Shown: positions 1-10,929 of the stretch, piece after piece
How the letters are laid out: every line of letters starts with the position of its first letter
Position numbering within the stretch: position 1 is the first letter of the stretch
NCBI RefSeq assembly: GCF_001194135.2
Contig: NC_069001.1
Coordinates: 20,010,559-20,074,558 of the forward strand
Source: Octopus bimaculoides
Lineage: Eukaryota
Reading direction: 5' to 3'
DNA: 64,000 nt
The notes under the pieces: generated by a model
Seen by the model: only the letters and a program-made list of their open reading frames with translations
Told to the model about the DNA's origin: nothing
Database searches by the model: none
Made by a program: the position numbers and the translations under genes

Positions 1-122
1 GCTTGGAAATAAGTGAAGGTTGCTGACAGGAAGGGTATCCAGCTGTAAAAAAACCTGCCTGAATGAATTCCACCTGACACATGCAACATAGAAAAGCAGA
101 TGCTAAAATGACTGATGATGAT
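1..122 (+). mobile_element. 3' tail of RTE-type LINE (ends in (GAT)n)
   Basis: ggaagggtatccagctgtaaaaaa...gatgatgatg matches the tail seen at 44735-44868 (+) and 59483-59640 (-), which follows RTE coding sequence at 43880-44868. Confidence 0.6.
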
Positions 123-151
123 GGCACACACGCATATATGTATTCATTATT

Positions 152-420
152 ACTATTGGGTTGGCAAGAAAGTAATTTTGGTTTTTTAGTTTTAAATGTC
201 ATTTTTTTTTCTTCATACAAAAAATGAACTTTAATCAATTATATATTTTCCATTTTGTTTGATGATCTTTTGCCATCTTTCTGGCAACTTCATGATTCTG
301 CACTCATAGAACTTCTACTTCTTATCAGCCAAAAACTGAAGTGTGATTTCAGGTCATCATCATTTTTAAAAGTTTTACCATTCAAAGAATTTTGAAAACT
401 TTGAAATAAATGTACATATT
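152..420 (-). mobile_element. mariner transposon remnant (3' TIR plus transposase C-terminus)
   Basis: tattgggttggcaagaaagtaatt resembles a mariner TIR; minus strand encodes HLFQSFQNSLNGKTFKNDDDLKSH and, after a frameshift, a KLPERWQKIIKQNGKY-like end. Confidence 0.75.
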
Positions 421-1989
421 TCAGTTTGGAGTTTATTTCACAACCATTGGAGCATGTTTCGTGAGTAGGAACCAGAAAGAGAAGTATGAACATGCAAATG
501 CTCATGTGCACACTGAATTCATAAAATGTAAGAGAAGAGTAAAATTGCATTGCGCATCTCAAAATAAAATGGGAGAGGAAAATAAAAACGCAAAATAAAA
601 CAAAAGAGAGGAATAAAACAAGTTATATGATGTTCTGCATGTCAACATCTGACACCACTGTCATGTAGCTTTGCTGTAGTTTTCTTGCTTTTTAAATGGC
701 TGAATTCCATTTTTGACACAGCAACTGGTATTTTACATCTGATTTTAAATTGTTAAACATAAATGTAGATCTGGACACAGGTGCATGTGCATACAGACAC
801 ACACATGTGCATACAGACACGCACATGTGAGTGAGTGCATGTGTGTGATGAGCTTCTGTATATTTCCTTCTACCAAACTAGAATCTCCTCAGCAAAGCAG
901 TCTTACCAGTAATGCTAGAGATATATTAAATTTTAGTAAATAAATACAGGGTGGTTTAATAGCTTGAAATAGTGACAGGAAAAATACCCAGCGTTGCATG
1001 CTTTTTGAAAACATAAATAGTAAAGTTGATGCTAATACATCTAATGTAGTGAGCTAAAATTGATGTCTATATCGCAGACTCACTCACTGCATTCTGTTTT
1101 TAATTAATTAAAATATTGGAGTTTTCTCTTTTTCTTTTCATGGCCAAAATAAATTGTAAAATCAATGATTTGTTTTTCTTGTCTCTAAAGTGTAATCTTA
1201 ATCAATTACTATTTCTTTGCTCATTACATTATGTTAGCACGAACTTTACCATTTATTTTTTAATGCAACATGTCTGGATATTTCCCTCCCTCATTCTGTT
1301 AATTCTTATAACAGATCTTAAGTAAAAATATTGATATATGTTACTGAAACACTGTCAGCCCTTCCTCTGAATACCTATCAGACCTTCCCTAAGTTACATA
1401 TATCATACATTACCTGTTACCTCACCCTCCTCTCAGATGAAATTTAATAGAAAGTATGAGAGGGTTGTTTTCATAGACAAAACTATTGGCTGCTCTTCCT
1501 GCTGCATTGCTGTCTAACTTTATTTTCCCTCATGTAAGCGATACTAGTCTGTATTCTGCAAAGGAGCTTGTTCGTGATTGTTTGATCTGCTGGAAATAAC
1601 AACCAATCTCTGAATTTTGAGTCAGACCCTATCATTTAAAAATAAAAAAGTTTATAGAACTGTCTACTTCCTGATATACAAAAAGACTGTATGGTCACTA
1701 CTGTAACACCTTTCACCATTGGTCTATTCAGAAGCCAATGAAATAACACTTCTGTATGGTCACTTAAGCTAATAGAAATAGCAGTAAAATTTTTCTTAAA
1801 TTACCTTATTAAATTATGACATTGGACAATATAGTCCTGTGTTCATAATAATGAAGTAATATATTTAAGAATTACATAATCATTTAGAGCATGTTATTTC
1901 TCCTAGTATATATACCAATTACTCTTGTTCATTCACTCATATTTGATTTTGGTGACTTTTGAACATAATTGCTGTTGATGTATGGCAAC

Positions 1990-2155
1990 TCTTTCTCCCC
2001 CCCTCTCTCTTTCTCACCTCTCTCTCTTTCTCGCCTCTCTCTCTTTCTCGCCTCTCTCTCTTTCTCGCCTCTCTCTCTTTCTCGCCTCTCTCTCTCTCCC
2101 TTTCTCCCTTCACTCTTTCTCCCTCTCTCTCTCTTTCTGTCCGCTCTCTCTTTCT
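1990..2155. repeat. CT-rich compound minisatellite, unit about (ctctctct)ttctcgcct
   Basis: about four near-identical ctttctcgcctctctct units within a (CT)n tract. Confidence 0.85.
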
Positions 2156-2751
2156 CTCAAGGATTAAAAAAAATATTTTGCTCCCTTTCATTTTTTTCCT
2201 TCTTTCATATGACCTGTGAATATTTTTTTTTCTCTCTGACTGCCCTCTTAATCTCTGCTTCTTATGCTACTTGACTTTGAGTAGCTTTCCCCCCCCCCCC
2301 TTTGTATCCTTTTTCTCTATCCTCTGACATCTTTCTTACCTTCTTTTAATTGTTTTTCTCCCCCTCATTCTCTTTGTCTCATCTTTCTATTTACCTATGA
2401 CACTCATCACATCCCTGTTGTTCAGCACTTGTATTGTAAATAGTCTCCAACACTACAGTATATAATTAAGTTATCTTTGTCTCTTTCAGTTTAATTTTTT
2501 TATTTGTCTGGTGATTTCTTCAGAAGTCACCTGAAAACATTTTTGACAGTTTCTTTATAACTCAGTTATTAATTTGTATTGGGTGTTCTGCAAAGAAAAA
2601 ACAGTAATTGGGATTTTATATATTAATTTTTAATATTTTATGCCCTCCCCACCCCACCCACTCACCCATACCAATGTTCTGCTAATTCTGTAATTTGTGT
2701 GGACTTTTCTTTAATAAGTTAGAAGAGATGAGAAGTACCTATGACCTTTAA

Positions 2752-3306
2752 CACGTTAGCATTTAAACTGGCCATGTCGGGCCCAAATATTCTACCTGCT
2801 TTTGGCTCAAGCTGGCCAGATCTGGCCTCACATACTTATTCTACAATGTCATTTTTTATCTTGTTTCAATCATTTGACTGGCCATATTGGGGATTCTTTT
2901 TTTGTTTTTGTTTTTTTTTAAGCCTATTACATATTCTACTGGTCTCTTTTGCCAAACTGCTAATTTATGCGGATGTAAGCACACCAACACCAGATGTCAA
3001 GCAGTGGTGGGGGACAGACAACAAACGCACACACAAATATATATAAATGACAGGCTTCTTTCAGTTTCTGCTTACCAAATCCACTTACAAGGGTTCGGTT
3101 GTCCCGAGGCAGTAGTAGAAGACACTTGTCCAAGGTGCCATGCAGTGGGACTGAACCTGGAGCCATGGGAAGCAAGCTTCCTATCACACAGCCATTCTGA
3201 AAATATACAATTATATAATGGAAATATTGAAACTGCAAAATAATGCCTGATTAATTAAAAATAATGTAAGCATTATATTTGATAGAATAATCTGAATGCT
3301 AGAGAG
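2752..3306 (+). mobile_element. TTAA-flanked (piggyBac-like) MITE interrupted by a SINE
   Basis: TTAA at 2748-2751 then cacgttagcatt; right end aatgctagagag|taaa is a degenerate inverse; internal sequence is split at ~2850/3190 by a SINE. Confidence 0.6.
2853..3192 (-). mobile_element. tRNA-derived SINE family A (CORE-like central domain), near full length
   Basis: reverse complement reads gctgtgtg...ggttcagtcccactgcatggcaccttggacaagtgtcttctactac...; same family recurs at 5525, 6772, 35667, 38200, 48548, 49058 and 54840. Confidence 0.85.
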
Positions 3307-3329
3307 TAAAAGATCTCTCTAAAATGGTG

Positions 3330-3690
3330 TGGTTGATGATGATGATGCTCAGTCTAAACATGAAGTGCAGAAAAAAGAAGTTTTTAAAAGATGGGTAAAG
3401 AAAGAATTCTAAAGGGTTACAGTTCTGGAAAGAAGGATTTGGTAAAATGTTTAGTGCAGGATCTGGGAGGTGAGACACAGTACAAATGGGAAGAGGCAGG
3501 GTGGAGATGGGTGGACCTGAGTGAAGAGAGTGTGCTTAGCTAGTCGGTAGCAAGTTCAGGAGAGCAGAAGTGAATGTATTAGTAATAGAAGAGAGATGTG
3601 GAGAGTGGAGGGCAGATGCTCATTTTTTAGTACTTGCTATTCAACTAATAGCTTGAGCCCAATGAAATCGGGCCCAGCATTTAACATCAT
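3330..3690 (-). mobile_element. CR1-like LINE 3' ORF2 remnant
   Basis: minus strand gives TKHFTKSFFPRTVTL*NSF, resembling the NSFFPRT..LWNSL C-terminus of CR1/Jockey-group ORF2; decayed. Confidence 0.55.
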
Positions 3691-3695
3691 CAATT

Positions 3696-3742
<47 letters not shown>

Positions 3743-4020
3743 TCATTCTTCATAGTAATATGGGCTTGCTGGGATTTCAGTAGTTCTCTATACCTGTCAA
3801 TATATATGAGATCCAGTTTTCTAATACACAGCAGTCTATTACACAGTCAGTCTTTGTCATGTTTTCTAGGTGATGTTACATTCGCAGTCCTACCCTAGCA
3901 GCTTTCTTTTTCTGTTTACACTTTGTTGTTCATTTACATTTAATGACACAGTTTTAAGCAAGTCTTTTAGGGGTTTTTTTTTTGTTACTTGTTGCTCTTT
4001 CTATTGTCGGTAATGTTTCT

Positions 4021-4251
4021 TATTTTTTTATTGCCCACAAGGGGCTAAACATAGAGGGGACAAACAAGGACAGACAAAGAGATCAAGTCGATTACATCGA
4101 CCCCAGTGTGTAACTGGTACTTAATTTATCGACCCCGAAAGGATGAAAAGCAAAGTCGACCTCGGCGGAATTTGAACTCAGAACGTAACGGCAGACGAAA
4201 TACCGCTAAGCATTTCGTCCAGCATGCTAAGATTTCTGCCAGCTCGCCGCC
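4021..4251 (-). mobile_element. tRNA-derived SINE family B, full length and young, with 16-bp TSD
   Basis: minus strand: ggcggcgagctggcagaa (A box)...gagttcaaattcc (B box)...gcttttcatcctttcggggtcgataaattaagtaccag; CpG retained; tgtcggtaatgtttct repeated at 4005-4020 and 4261-4276. Confidence 0.9.
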
Positions 4252-4710
4252 TTTCGGTAATGTCGGTAATGTTTCTGTGAAGTAATGGTCACTAGGCAAA
4301 GCGCATTGCTTTATTTCAGATGTTCAAAATAGTGCTTGAATTCTTCTGTTAAAACGCCATGTATACTTCTGCCGGTTGTCTTTTCTTTATCTCTTTTTCC
4401 TTCTCTCTCTCTCTCTCTCTCTCTGTCTACACCCTCATTCTACCTGTCTACCTGTCCTCTCTCATTCTGCTTTTTATTTTTCTCTCTTTCTTTCTTCCTA
4501 TTGTTTTGTCAAACATGACTCATAGCACATTTTCAATGTTCATTTAAGTTGCGCTTTGTTTCTGGTACTTTTTTTGTTGTTTTCTTAAAAGAACTTTCAT
4601 TTATTTATATTTTTAATGTTTATTTTCCTTGGGTGAATAATTTAACAGCAAAGGTTTACTAACTGCTCATCTGGCCAATTCATTGTTTTTGTGGTTTTTT
4701 TTATTAGTAT

Positions 4711-4765
<55 letters not shown>

Positions 4766-5034
4766 ATATATATATATATATTCTTCTACTATTTTTGTCT
4801 GGCTTTGAGGACAGATTACTGGGTAATTTACTTACCAGCAACAGCAGGCCACTCACCAGTCAAGAAATTTTTGTTTTTGTCCTTTTCCTCCAGTTTATTC
4901 ATGTTTGACATTGAAAATTCCTCCTCCACCTACCTTACCCCCAGCTCAACAGTTTGGTAATTAGCACTCCCAGGATCTAATTTTGACTTGAAACGAGGTT
5001 GGTCAGAGTACCCCTCTCACTTTCCTGCTGACAG

Positions 5035-5118
5035 ACAATGATTCTAATTACAAACAAATCAACTCCTACCAGATTGCTGACATCAGTTGTCTCTCAGTTG
5101 TTGACCATGTCTGCGTAG
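5035..5118 (+). CDS. candidate internal exon (phase 1-1) of the unidentified host gene
   Basis: pyrimidine tract cccctctcactttcctgctgacAG; 84 nt open frame (D)NDSNYKQINSYQIADISCLSVVDHVCV(G); donor G|GTAAC; phase matches the 10308 exon. Confidence 0.4.
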   Translation, partial: TMILITNKSTPTRLLTSVVSQLLTMSA

Positions 5119-5524
5119 GTAACATTTCATTTTAAGTCTGTAGAAAACTGGAGAACGCCAGGCTAAATGCCCTTTAGTATTTTGTTATGTCCTTCTTTGT
5201 TCAAAGTTCATATGAAGTTGGGTTCAATTTTTCTGCTGTATCATCTTTTTACAGTTATTAAAGTAAGTACTATTTATGTATTTGGAGGTTAATGCTTTTG
5301 ATTCACTTCTACAAAGACTGGCCCAAAGAATAATATAATTCGAGGCATATAGTTATAAGATTTTGTTCATGATTAAATAATAGGCTAAACGTTGTGGTCA
5401 GTGTGATGTTCACAAACAGGCATATTGACAGACAGTGACTGCTATTAAGGCGGGTGAATGATGGAAGGAGGGAAACTAATTCAATGAAATTATTCTTTTT
5501 ATCTTGTGCACATTCTTCTTTTCT

Positions 5525-5729
5525 TCTTCGTTTACACATTCCAGTCATTTGACTGTGGCTATACTGGAGCACTGCCTTAAAGGGTTTTAGTAAAAGAAAT
5601 TGACACCGGGACGTATACTTTGTAAGCTTAGTACTTATTCTATTGGTCTCTTTTGCTGAACCACTAAGTTACAGAGACATAAACACACCACCATCAGTGG
5701 TCAAGCAATAGTGGGGGGACAGACACAAA

Positions 5730-5735
<6 letters not shown>
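5525..5735 (-). mobile_element. SINE family A, 3' half, running into (CA)n
   Basis: cagtcatttgactgtggctatactggagcactgcc...agtacttattctattggtctcttttgctgaacc. Confidence 0.85.

Positions 5736-5802
<67 letters not shown>
5729..5802. repeat. (CA)n microsatellite
   Basis: direct observation. Confidence 0.95.
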
Positions 5803-5805
<3 letters not shown>

Positions 5806-6554
5806 TAGATAGATAGATATAACTCATACAGGCAAAGCCTATCTCTATATAATGAAGTTGTTTGCTAGGAAAAAACTTTTTATATTTTGTAAGATTTTAT
5901 CATAAAAATTTGGGAAGCCTCTAAGCAAGTTGAACATGGAAGGAAGAACCACAGTTAAGAAAACTGAAATCTGCAACATCATGAAGTACAGTTGTCTAAA
6001 GTAGATGAATGCTCCGAAAACCTTTCTCAAAGAACACATTGTCCTACAATCAAAATGACTTAGGCTTATAGCAGTTGCAGAAAATATAGGGATCAATAAC
6101 TTTCAATACAGGGAACTGCCTGCTTATCTGAGGGTCAGAATTCAAGACAAAGCTATCACTGCAATATAAAGGACACTATTTTACAAGGTACTGTACACAC
6201 ATAGCCATCACTGCTGAAGAGCTAGAAACCAAGAACCACAATCTAGAAAGAAGGTTACTGCATTCAAATATGAGAATTTTCAAAACCTGCCTGAGACTAT
6301 CACATGAGCTGTATCAGCTAGAAAAACAGGCTTTCAAATGTCTGGGAAATACCATCAAAGTCCGTCGTGTATTCATGTATGTGTATGTGAATGAGTCTGT
6401 GTGTGTGTGAGTGCATGCATGTGCGTCTGTGAATACGATGTGAATGTTTACGTGCACACAAACAGATATATATACACATATATGTAGGTACATACATACA
6501 CACACACTCACACATAATAACCAGTCATCATCTTTGATCACTAAATCCACAAGT

Positions 6555-6709
6555 TTTTTTATTCTCTCTGTTTATTTTCTCTTATTCCCTTCTGTTGAAG
6601 AGCGTAGGCTTGAAACGTAAAAGACTTTCTCACCTACCCAAGCATCAAACTAATACGCTTGCTTGTTGTTTATGCACCAGTCTTCGTCTTTTGTTTTTTC
6701 TGTAAATTT

Positions 6710-6712
<3 letters not shown>
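6555..6712 (+). mobile_element. Penelope-like tail with degenerate hammerhead-like motif
   Basis: CTGTTGA-a-GAGCgtagGCTT-GAAAC-GTA at 6592-6619, followed by a T-rich tail and (TA)n. Confidence 0.4.

Positions 6713-6713
<1 letters not shown>

Positions 6714-6771
<58 letters not shown>
6714..6771. repeat. (TA)n microsatellite
   Basis: direct observation. Confidence 0.95.
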
Positions 6772-6777
<6 letters not shown>

Positions 6778-6950
6778 ATGAGCTTCTTTAAGTTTCTGTC
6801 TACTAAATCCACTCACCAAATCCACTGGAAATCCACCATCTACCAAATCCACTAGAAGACATTTGCCGAAGGTGCCTTGCAGTGGGAATGAACCTGGAAC
6901 CATGTGGTTGGGAAGCAAGCTTCTTACCACACAGCTACTCTTGTGCCTGT
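6772..6950 (-). mobile_element. SINE family A, 5' half
   Basis: ctaccaaatccact...aaggtgccttgcagtgggaatgaacctggaaccatgtggttgggaagcaagcttcttaccacacagc. Confidence 0.85.
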
Positions 6951-7666
6951 AAACATTTTGTGATAAATAGGGACTAGTCATGACTGGGTGAATATTGTGT
7001 GTGTACACACATTTGCTGGCAAGAGTTTTGTTGCCATTGGGATCAAATTCTCATGTACCTATTCTCATATACCTATCATCCATCTCCTTTACTCTCATGT
7101 TGTTTGTACAACATGGCTGTTGATTGATTTAAACATGTCAATAAATATCAATGTTGAAATTATTTGTTTTTTTGTGAGTGGGGAGCCAACACTCGATCAG
7201 ACATTTCTGAGTGGCTAGTGTCTTTGTACCACTAATTGCTTAGAAACAGTTGATGAAATCAAATTCACCTTTGAGTTGAACTCTTAATGACAATGAAATT
7301 ATTTCGAAAATATGTATTACTGTGAATTTCTGAATATGAGTGAATGATAGTAGGGAAAAGATGTATGCTGCTATAAATTATTCACTGCATATATTTATGG
7401 ATTCTACATCTGGAAGGTCACAGTAAAAATCTTTATCACTCTTTAAATGAACCACTTTTGCTGATGGTGAAGTTTAGTGGGTATTGCTTTATTTCAGTAA
7501 CCAGAAGCAGAGTTGTATGATTTTCCTCCCTCGTTTTTAAAAATTACTTTAACTTAATGGGACTGTGCTAATAATCTTTTTGTGCCCTCCTACACTGGGC
7601 TGAGTTTATCAAGTTACTGAAATAACTGTGAATTGCAAGTGAATTTAGTTAAACCAAACAATTTAA

Positions 7667-7927
7667 TATTGACTTATTCAGTCAGCTCTGCTAAGGTAAG
7701 ACATCTGGCATGAAGATAATTCAAACTGGAATGCTTGCTTGGATAGTGGTTTTGCGTATGCAATTAGTATTGTTTCATTTGTGCAGTTGTTTATTGACTT
7801 ATTTAGTCAGCTCTACTGTAGTAAGACATCTGGCATGAAGATAATTCAAACCAGAATGTTTGCTTGGACAGTGGTTGATCATTTTGCTTGTGCAATTGTT
7901 AGTATTATTTCATTTGTGTAGTTGTTA
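7667..7927. repeat. two-copy tandem duplication of a ~125-135 bp unit
   Basis: tattgacttatt(c/t)agtcagctct...gtaagacatctggcatgaagataattcaaac starts at 7667 and again at 7792. Confidence 0.9.
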
Positions 7928-8003
7928 GTAATAATTTATTATAGAAGACATGACAAAGTCAATGAATAAACATCTTTAATTGATAAGTATTCTTGTTTGC
8001 ATA

Positions 8004-8640
8004 CAAGGTGCATTTCAGAAACTTTCAGACCTTTTCTGCTGTCAAGTAGTTGAGTATCAGGATGCTTGTCACCGAGCACCCTGGGAACAAACTTTGTACA
8101 AATTTCGTGTATGTTCAGATCTTCATGAATAATTCTGTATACAGTAGCCACATCCACCTCAAACTATGCTTATTGTCTGCCTAGACACACAAAAATCTTC
8201 ATCCAGAAAATTCTGAATTTTCTCAACCAACTCTGAGGTTCTGATGTCTCTTTCACACCTCCCATTTTCTCTCGTCTTCCTTCTATTGTCCTTGAACCTC
8301 TTGTGTCAAGCAAGAAACAGATGTTCAGCTCATGCAAGTTAATCCATAAGCAGTCTGGAGCATTTCATAAGTTTCTGTAGTGTTTGTGCTCAAAACTTTA
8401 TTGTAAAGCAAGCTTCAAAATGTTCCAACTGCATTCTGCAAAGTAGCCAGCTGTGACAAGCGATGTTTAGTAGGGTGTGTTCAAAGAGTTGTTACAGCTC
8501 TCTACTTCAATCTGGGATAACAAAAGTTGGCAGATCAGCTTATTGGATGTATTGTAATGATATACTAAAATTACAATAATGTAGGACAGGTATAACTGCT
8601 TCTCTTAAAAAAGGTCTTAAAACTTCTGGAATGCACCTCA
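8004..8640 (-). mobile_element. internally deleted mariner element with both TIRs
   Basis: TA at 8002-8003; TIR caaggtgcatttcagaaactttcagacc (8004-8031) versus ggtcttaaaacttctggaatgcacctca (8613-8640), 6 mismatches in 28; minus strand VYRIIHEDLNIHEICTKFVPRVL is WVPR-like. Confidence 0.8.
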
Positions 8641-8924
8641 GATTTTTAAGACTTCATATCTTCTGGACTGCAAGAAAAATGTTTTCCCAAAGGAAACATG
8701 AAAATTTGGAAGTAGAATGAATGTCAGTGGTTGGACTATTATTGGTATGAAGGGGATGAAATCTCAGGTTCACACTGACTGGCTTCTTTAAGCGGTGGTC
8801 TGCCCTTAGCTAGGTCTTGTGCATGTGAACCTTCTCCATCACTCTCTATATGACCTGGGAGGGTCTATACCTTCCCCTGTTGCTGTTAAGTAGATTACTA
8901 GAACTTTGGCTACCAGGCAGGTAA

Positions 8925-9110
8925 GATTTGAACTTAGAATGTAGAAAACCGGAAGATATGCTGTAAAGCATTTCTGCCTACATGTCAACGATTCTGCCAC
9001 TCTTACACCTGCAAAGCAATATGAAATGAAATGTTTTGCTCAAGAACAAAGTGCCACCTGGTTCAGGATTCGAACCCATGATTTAGCGATTGTGAGTGCG
9101 ACATCCTGCC
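8925..9110 (-). mobile_element. two adjacent SINE head fragments (family B head and family C head)
   Basis: tttgaacttagaatg...gattctgcca resembles the family B head; gctcaagaac...ggattcgaaccc resembles the 29440 element. Confidence 0.6.
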
Positions 9111-9282
9111 CAGATGTTTGTAGTTCTTTAATTCTTTCTTGATTATATAGCTTTATTTTGATGAAACTGAGTATTATATCATTTGTAAAATAGTGGATCA
9201 TCTCTCTATATCAGGACATTCTAGCATAGTAAATATCACTCTTGGTATTTTATAACTTAATAAACTCTAAATAGTTCTTTAA

Positions 9283-9508
9283 CCCTTTCAATACCAACCT
9301 GGTTGAAACCGCCTCTGGCTCTCTAGAACAAATGTCTTGTTTTCACAAGTTTTGAATTAAAATCTTCCACCAAATCTTAGTCACAATTTATGTTCTTAAC
9401 ACCAGCTTAATGATTACTGAGTTATTTTACTAAATTCTTTGTTATATTTAAAATTAATTGGAAAAAAAAAACACAAAGCATCTCAAAATAAATATGGTAA
9501 CGAAAGGG
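9283..9508. mobile_element. TTAA-flanked piggyBac-like MITE
   Basis: TTAA|ccctttcaatacc ... ggtaacgaaaggg|TTCA; terminal inverted repeats; related copy at 21443. Confidence 0.8.
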
Positions 9509-9776
9509 TTCAATTGCATTTGGTTTTAATGATCCACCCATCCACAATAAATAACTTTCTTCCTACCTTCACAGTTCTCCCATAAATCCCCCCCTTTTTT
9601 ATATTTTTTTCATTTTCTCTTTGATAACTGGTAATTTTATAATTTTACAGTTCGTTCTTGTGTGCTTCTAACACTTTGAAATTCAATATATATTAAATAT
9701 GAATTAGAAGAAGCGCTAGTGTTGTAAACATTATTGAACATGCATACTTAGTGTATACGCTTTGCTTGTTCACCAA

Positions 9777-9920
9777 TAGGCTGCGATATGATGTGGTTGA
9801 GATGCCTCTCTCAAAGTGCTGGGTGTTAAAACACCTGAAAGTTTTGCCTGTCCATGACTTTCAGGTGTTTTAGCACCCAATATTTTGACAGTCATCTCTA
9901 CCATATCAAATTGCAGCCTA
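9777..9920. repeat. long imperfect hairpin / foldback (MITE-like, TA ends)
   Basis: taggctgc...aaaacacctgaaagt (9777-9842), 14-nt loop, actttcaggtgtttt...gcagccta (9857-9920). Confidence 0.85.
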
Positions 9921-10307
9921 CTGGCAATGAAGCAAGGACATACATTGAGTATGTGTGTTTGATAATGTTTAATATATATTAGTTTATGAAGACCTATTTG
10001 GATTGATGAAATTGGAGATTCTTTGCTGAAATAATAAATCTATAAAATACAACTATTTACTTTACAGCTGTATATATGAATAATGGGCTGTTCTTAGATG
10101 AATTTGTACAATATCTTATATTACTTGTACTTTGAAAAATACACCCATATACTGAAGTTTGTATCAATTGATGATATACTTTGTTTTAAAAGAAATCCCG
10201 ATATAAAAGCAGTACATTCAGTTACCTAAAATGATTTTAATGTTTTATTTATATTTGATTTATATATGTATATATATATATATATATTTTTTTTCTTTTT
10301 TAATTAG

Positions 10308-10538
10308 ATTCAGATCGAGGAAGTTCTGACACAGCTGAAGATGGACCAGTAGAGGATGACAGAAGATCACACAATTTAGACAGCCGCTTATTAATTGGAC
10401 ATTTCTATGAACCAAATTCAAACAGTATAGCTTACTCTGATTTGAGTGGGACTGGAGACACACAGTCCATTGACACCACTAATACAAGCCTCTCTACAAG
10501 CACTTCAAGCTCGAGTCCAAATCACTGTCGTTTAGATG
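10308..10538 (+). CDS. internal coding exon (phase 1-1), Ser/Thr/Asp-rich, unidentified gene
   Basis: poly-T tract plus TAG acceptor; 231 nt stop-free frame (D)SDRGSSDTAEDGPVEDDRRSHNLDSRLLIGHFYEPNSNSIAYSDLSGTGDTQSIDTTNTSLSTSTSSSSPNHCRLD(G); consensus donor G|GTAAGT. Confidence 0.85.
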
Positions 10539-10929
10539 GTAAGTCACTTGCTTAGTTACAGATATTTGTATTGTATTTATTATAAGCTGATAGACTATAT
10601 AAAAGTGATAGATTGCTATACAGTAAAGTACTGGACAGAATGTTTTCTAGTATTACTTATTTCCCTTTATGTTCTAAGTTCAAACCATTCTAAAGTCTTT
10701 CATCTTTTTCTCTGTAGCTCAGGAATAATAAAGAATTTGTCAGTTATGTACTCTAGTTATTTAATTGATCATACCTCTTTCTTGAAATTTGTAAAATATT
10801 TTTCATTGTTGTAGTAGTAGTAGCAGCTGCTGCTGCTGTTGTAAGAAATGAAATAGTAGAGATTCTTGATTTTAGGGCTTCTTAGAGTTTTGATGTATTT
10901 TGTTATTTGATTTTCGTACTCAGTTATAC

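Noticed and set aside
1937-2274. Low-complexity ORFs (ERERE, LSLS, VCVC, YIYI, HTHT) throughout the window
   Set aside because: Translations of microsatellites with no coding signal.
10308-10335. DSDRGSSD as a protocadherin CM1-like or Dachsous-like motif, which would name the gene
   Set aside because: Only a low-complexity 8-residue resemblance; no cadherin repeats or CM2 motif in the window, so no gene symbol is given.
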